A stretch of 64,000 bases of DNA from Ascidiella aspersa (taxonomy: Eukaryota): positions 20,274,001-20,338,000 of the forward strand of contig OZ004614.1 of assembly GCA_963924565.1 (NCBI GenBank), written 5' to 3'. This document shows positions 61,401 through 64,000 of this stretch, one piece after another (within the stretch, counting starts at the first letter, position 1; every line of letters begins with the position of its first letter). The notes under the pieces were generated by a model. That model made no database searches and had not been told where the DNA came from. It worked only from the letters and a program-made list of their open reading frames with translations. The position numbers and the translations under genes were made by a program.

Positions 61401-63316
61401 TAGCCTAAATCTACCTTTTACATTTTGGTATAAACTTTGAAAATAATCACTGTATATATACTCTTGGTAGTTAGTTAAAAAACTAATATTATTTAACTTC
61501 CGGCGACTGAACGTAGCATATAGGTTTCGAAAGTTTTAAATATTGACAAAAGTTGACCAGGCTAATGCTTGATCAAAATACATTTTTTGGCTCGAAATCA
61601 GCATATTTCTGAAGACTATTTATATTTTGACGTCAATTTATGACGTTATATTTGAAAATTTCTTGCCCACCGTGGTCCACACGAAGTCAAAAAAAAATTT
61701 AGGGGTCGGCGGTAAAAAAAGTTTAAGAACCCTTGTTTTAAAGCGACCCCACCGGCAATTTCTTGCACCTACCCAACAAAGGTGGAAGCGGGGGAATTCC
61801 CGGAATCGAAAGCTTGCCAGTGACGTAACCAGCTGCCATGCAGGAGAGCAGCAGTACAATGACCCCGAACAAATTACCCCCTGGAAGAGTCTCCGAGGGG
61901 GCAATACTCCAGGGAACACCCCAGACCAGAAACCCAAGTAGACCTAAACAGCAAAATAGATTTAAACGTTTCTAGTTTAGATCAGTGTTCTTCAACTTTT
62001 TTGGTTTGGTAAACAAGTTGTTGTGACGAACATATGCACCATGTTTACTTAAAACGTTAAACTGAGGTTAAAAACGATATCAAAAACCTTCGACGGCGTG
62101 TCACCGAAAGTTAGTTCACAGCGATTACAGCACCAATGTCTTATAGAAATCGGTAATTACTGGCAAATACGATGCAGCATTAATGGATTATTAAAAGTTT
62201 GTGATGCACCCTTGACCTTGTATACCTTTTCGTACTAGTGCACAGCATGCATATTTTGGTGCACCCTAGGATGCACCTTGAACACCGGTTGAAGAGCACA
62301 GGTTTAGATATCAAATTATATTTATAGCAGTATTTTGGGTACTTATAATTGACGTTAATGTGATCATTAAAAAAAAAAACATTGTTTAAAATCATAAAGT
62401 TATATAAATCGCAAAACTTTAAGGTTTGCAACGTGTCTCAGAAATAAAGAAGACCATATCGTGCACTTCACAATATTAATTAAATAAAAGATTACTTAGA
62501 TTTAGTAAAAGCTAATGTTCCAAAATTTGACAATTCTTTTCATACCGATACCCCAAAATCTAGACAAAGTGTATAGCAGTCCGTTCCGTTGATAAATGAC
62601 ATCAATATTATACTCAAATATATAAAATAAAAACTTGTACATAGTACTAACGCATGCACAAATTAGTTTTGTACGAATCGGCAATAGCAAATTATCGAAC
62701 GAGAAGTATCGGACCCTACATATTACCACCACTTAGTAACGGAACTCGATTTATATGTAAAATCATTCGACATCTCTATTTAGAGCGTGGTAAGGTAAGC
62801 AACTATGACTTTTTTCCTGTCATGTTTGCATCTTACCAACGCTTACAAACTTCGCCAATTTGCCTTGTGGGGGACACAATAGAGACTTTAGGCACTTTTG
62901 CACGCACGGGTCTTCTTCTGTGGTTACGCTGTAACTGCTTGCCATGCAGCAGCTGCAAAAACCCGACAGTCGTGCACATCTTGATTCTAAAAATGTACGT
63001 AACATCGGGAAATTCAAAAGTTTTGAACAGATTGACACAACCAAATGTCAGCATGTCCAAAAGAGCCAATTGAGTTAATTTTATAATGTTTTGTGCTACA
63101 TATAAGTCAAAAAATCAACCCTTTAAGATTAAGCCTACATTTAAAAATGTAATTTTTCATAAAACACTTCATTTTAAAGTTCATTATTATAATGTTGAAC
63201 TGAGATACAATTAATGCAGCAGTGTGTATACTATTACCTCTTGCCATCTTTCTTTTCAGTTTGACTGATTCGAATGATTTTTTGCTTTTTTCTGCATCTA
63301 AATCGTGTGATCTTTC
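52360..63316 (-). CDS. SLC9B2: SLC9B/NHA-type (NHEDC) cation/H+ antiporter, gene model with 11 confident exons plus 1 probable 5' exon; N-terminus may extend beyond the window
   Basis: join(63316-63238, 62986-62837, 61943-61773, 60992-60850, 60275-60148, 58906-58731, 57969-57863, 56996-56863, 56143-56019, 54600-54461, 53504-53427, 52491-52360) = 1563 nt, GT-AG with consistent phases. Motifs CPPxG, LPGGNLFG, PPLPPLLGML, WSSSLR, RAGIGLD, AVSPAVVVP, FQPLLFGLIGA, WLPKATVQAAIG and SIIITAP match NHA1/NHA2 as I know them. Confidence 0.95.
52518..52959. mobile_element. Degenerate hAT-like MITE in the last SLC9B intron
   Basis: 8-bp direct repeat cctgttac at 52510-52517 and 52960-52967; degenerate ends ccggcgtgaatc / gaattcgcccccg. 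Confidence 0.55.
53010..53334. mobile_element. hAT-type MITE (family A, opposite orientation) in SLC9B intron
   Basis: TIR caggggttattaaact / agtttaagaacccctg; perfect TSD ctttagat; shares the ggggtccatggacccc end with 18486-18822. Confidence 0.9.
53427..53504 (-). CDS. SLC9B2: SLC9B exon (AAIGATALDFAKEHKSSEEVVELATK)
   Basis: Hand translation; acceptor atatag, donor gtaatg; phase 0-0. Confidence 0.93.
53760..53880. repeat. Tandem repeat, 41-bp unit x3
   Basis: tgtacaaaatgcaagtgtgcacacaaagtgcttaaaaaaag repeated almost perfectly; each unit contains the palindrome gtgtgcacac. Confidence 0.92.
54461..54600 (-). CDS. SLC9B2: SLC9B exon (MGAALILIGLAFRSLAAFLSV...FNMKEKVFMTVAWLPKATVQ)
   Basis: Within ORF 54422..54622; acceptor ttctag, donor gtaata. 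Confidence 0.96.
54672..55150. mobile_element. hAT-type MITE in SLC9B intron
   Basis: Perfect 16-bp TIR cagtggttctcaaact / agtttgagaaccactg; perfect TSD aattagga. Confidence 0.92.
55732..55959. mobile_element. PIF/Harbinger (Tourist-like) MITE
   Basis: TIR aggttggtatacactatagacgcgt / acgcgtctgttgtgaaccaacct; TTA on both flanks. Confidence 0.75.
56019..56143 (-). CDS. SLC9B2: SLC9B exon (WGDEKKEVAKTFAGLWVIFQPLLFGLIGASVTVDSLKPSTV)
   Basis: Hand translation; acceptor ttaaag, donor gtaagc. Confidence 0.95.
56863..56996 (-). CDS. SLC9B2: SLC9B exon (KGRNGYRSALLLGLALFSAFASKLVHFAGASALASLVMPFVAAIR)
   Basis: Hand translation; acceptor ctgtag, donor gtaagt. Confidence 0.93.
57863..57969 (-). CDS. 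SLC9B2: SLC9B exon (NIVEKVLHGPLELILGIGVGVFLGIFLWYFPSKNM)
   Basis: Hand translation; acceptor atgcag, donor gtatga. Confidence 0.93.
58272..58577. mobile_element. hAT-type MITE in SLC9B intron
   Basis: TIR cagtgcttcccaacc / ggttgggaagccctg; repeated gcgaccca motifs; left flank gagtatac recurs 7 nt beyond the right end. Confidence 0.8.
58676..58708 (-). pseudogene. tRNA-like 3'-half fragment (T-arm and acceptor strand)
   Basis: GCCGAGGTCGTGACTTCGAACCTCACTGCGGGC resembles the variable loop, T-arm and acceptor of eukaryotic tRNAs, followed by TTTTT; no D-arm/A-box found. Confidence 0.4.
58731..58906 (-). CDS. SLC9B2: SLC9B exon (FVLCAVSPAVVVPSLL...GYGVEGGIPTFLIAGAALNDVIGITGFNVVLGMIFSE), ion-binding core
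   Basis: Hand translation; acceptor tttcag, donor gtaagt. Confidence 0.96.
60148..60275 (-). CDS. SLC9B2: SLC9B exon (ALFKLKWILIGFACSTTVVECCAVACFSNVMINFPWEWGFVIG)
   Basis: Hand translation; acceptor atacag, donor gtgagt; PWxWGF motif. Confidence 0.94.
60337..60672. repeat. Diverged tandem duplication, ~172-bp unit x2, in SLC9B intron
   Basis: gcatttggc, ttgcaagacaaagg, ttaatagttt and agtgttttaagtt each occur twice at ~172-nt spacing. Confidence 0.8.
60850..60992 (-). CDS. SLC9B2: SLC9B exon (MLVMGFLLRNVP...KWSSSLRLIALTVILIRAGIGLDGK)
   Basis: Hand translation; acceptor cgttag, donor gtaaat. Confidence 0.95.
61590..61735. mobile_element. hAT MITE family A, partial copy
   Basis: Aligns by eye to 53199-53334 (aatttaggggtc.gcggtaaaaaaagtttaagaaccc.tg); left end not identified. 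Confidence 0.7.
61773..61943 (-). CDS. SLC9B2: SLC9B exon (LLGFLVWGVPWSIAPSETLPGGNLFGVIVLL...PPLPPLLG)
   Basis: Hand translation; acceptor tttag, donor gtagg; phase 1-1. Confidence 0.94.
61983..62301. mobile_element. hAT-type MITE in SLC9B intron
   Basis: TIR cagtgttcttcaac / gttgaagagcacag; perfect TSD gtttagat. Confidence 0.85.
62837..62986 (-). CDS. SLC9B2: SLC9B exon (N-terminal region, ...LLCPPQGKLAKFVSV)
   Basis: Acceptor ttttag, donor gtaag; CPPxG motif characteristic of NHA N-termini. Confidence 0.88.
63238..63316 (-). CDS. SLC9B2: SLC9B probable upstream exon (ERSHDLDAEKSKKSFESVKLKRKMAR); may contain the start codon or be partly UTR
   Basis: Acceptor ttattag, donor gtaata, open frame ending in phase 1 as needed by the next exon; no homology support. 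Confidence 0.55.
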
Positions 63317-64000
63317 CTAATAAAAGTACAATTAAGTTGCATTAAATATGCTATATGACTTCAAAGAAATTTCTAAGACGTCTATTGTCGTTTAAACAAA
63401 TATAAAACCGATTATACGCCTCCACTTAACAATAAACAACAGTCTAGTGTAAGTTATATCAACCTTACTTCACGTTTTCGAGTCTGTATGGCCAAGAGTG
63501 ACTTTACGATAAGCATAGGACAGGTGTGTAAATCGTCTGACTTTTAAATTGCTACAATTAAACGGTCGTAAAACTTACAGTGGATTTTTTTTTCAAAAAG
63601 CTTGTATTGATTGCTGTATAATTTGTACACAAAAAGAGTTTAATCATTGAAGCTGTCCGTGTGTTGTCATTATGACTTTATTGAATTTTTTCAAATCATG
63701 TCTAAAAGTTTAGTCAAACAATAATTATAATTAATGCAGTAATTAATTAGGGCAATATGACAAATCCATTCACTTTATAAATGTCAAAAAAGCTTACATT
63801 TTGTGTCGAAATAATGTGTCTCAGGAGTAAAACTCTACTAAGCGGAAAATTTTTCATCAATAAGAATATGATTTAAGAATATAGTTACACTGCGGTGATT
63901 TCACAAAAAAATGTTTTATTATTGTATATGGACGACAATTTTTAGAATATTTTTTCCCTATTTAACATGGCTCAAACAAAATTTTTATTTTTCCTTAACA

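Noticed and set aside
61627-61941. Listed ORFs 61627..61941 (+) and 61638..61937 (-)
   Set aside because: Wrong strand or frame; the real coding frame is the SLC9B exon 61773-61943, and the rest is MITE sequence.

Overview
Eukaryotic (metazoan) genomic DNA, AT-rich with GC/CpG-rich islands. Short introns and the repeat landscape suggest an invertebrate chordate such as an ascidian, but that is inference only. Two intron-containing genes, both on the minus strand, were reconstructed exon by exon with GT-AG sites and consistent phases. (1) A complete CCN-family matricellular protein gene (CTGF/CYR61-like): 6 coding exons, 22855-28883, 368 aa, signal peptide-IGFBP-VWC-TSP1-CT, all 38 canonical cysteines. 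(2) An SLC9B/NHA-type cation/H+ antiporter gene: 11-12 exons, 52360-63316, 5' end possibly outside the window, with an unusual ND in place of the family's DD ion-binding motif. I recognise no other coding sequence in 1-20.9 kb or 29.4-52.1 kb; this looks like a large CCN regulatory domain with CArG/TEAD/CRE-containing islands. Repeats include many hAT MITEs with 8-bp nnnTAnnn TSDs, a Harbinger-type MITE and several tandem duplications. There are also five copies of a small foldback element with 10-13-bp TSDs, a variable 5' inversion, a ~34-nt 3' tail and a minimal hammerhead-ribozyme-like motif, most consistent with a Penelope-like retroelement. Most of the supplied short ORFs are spurious.
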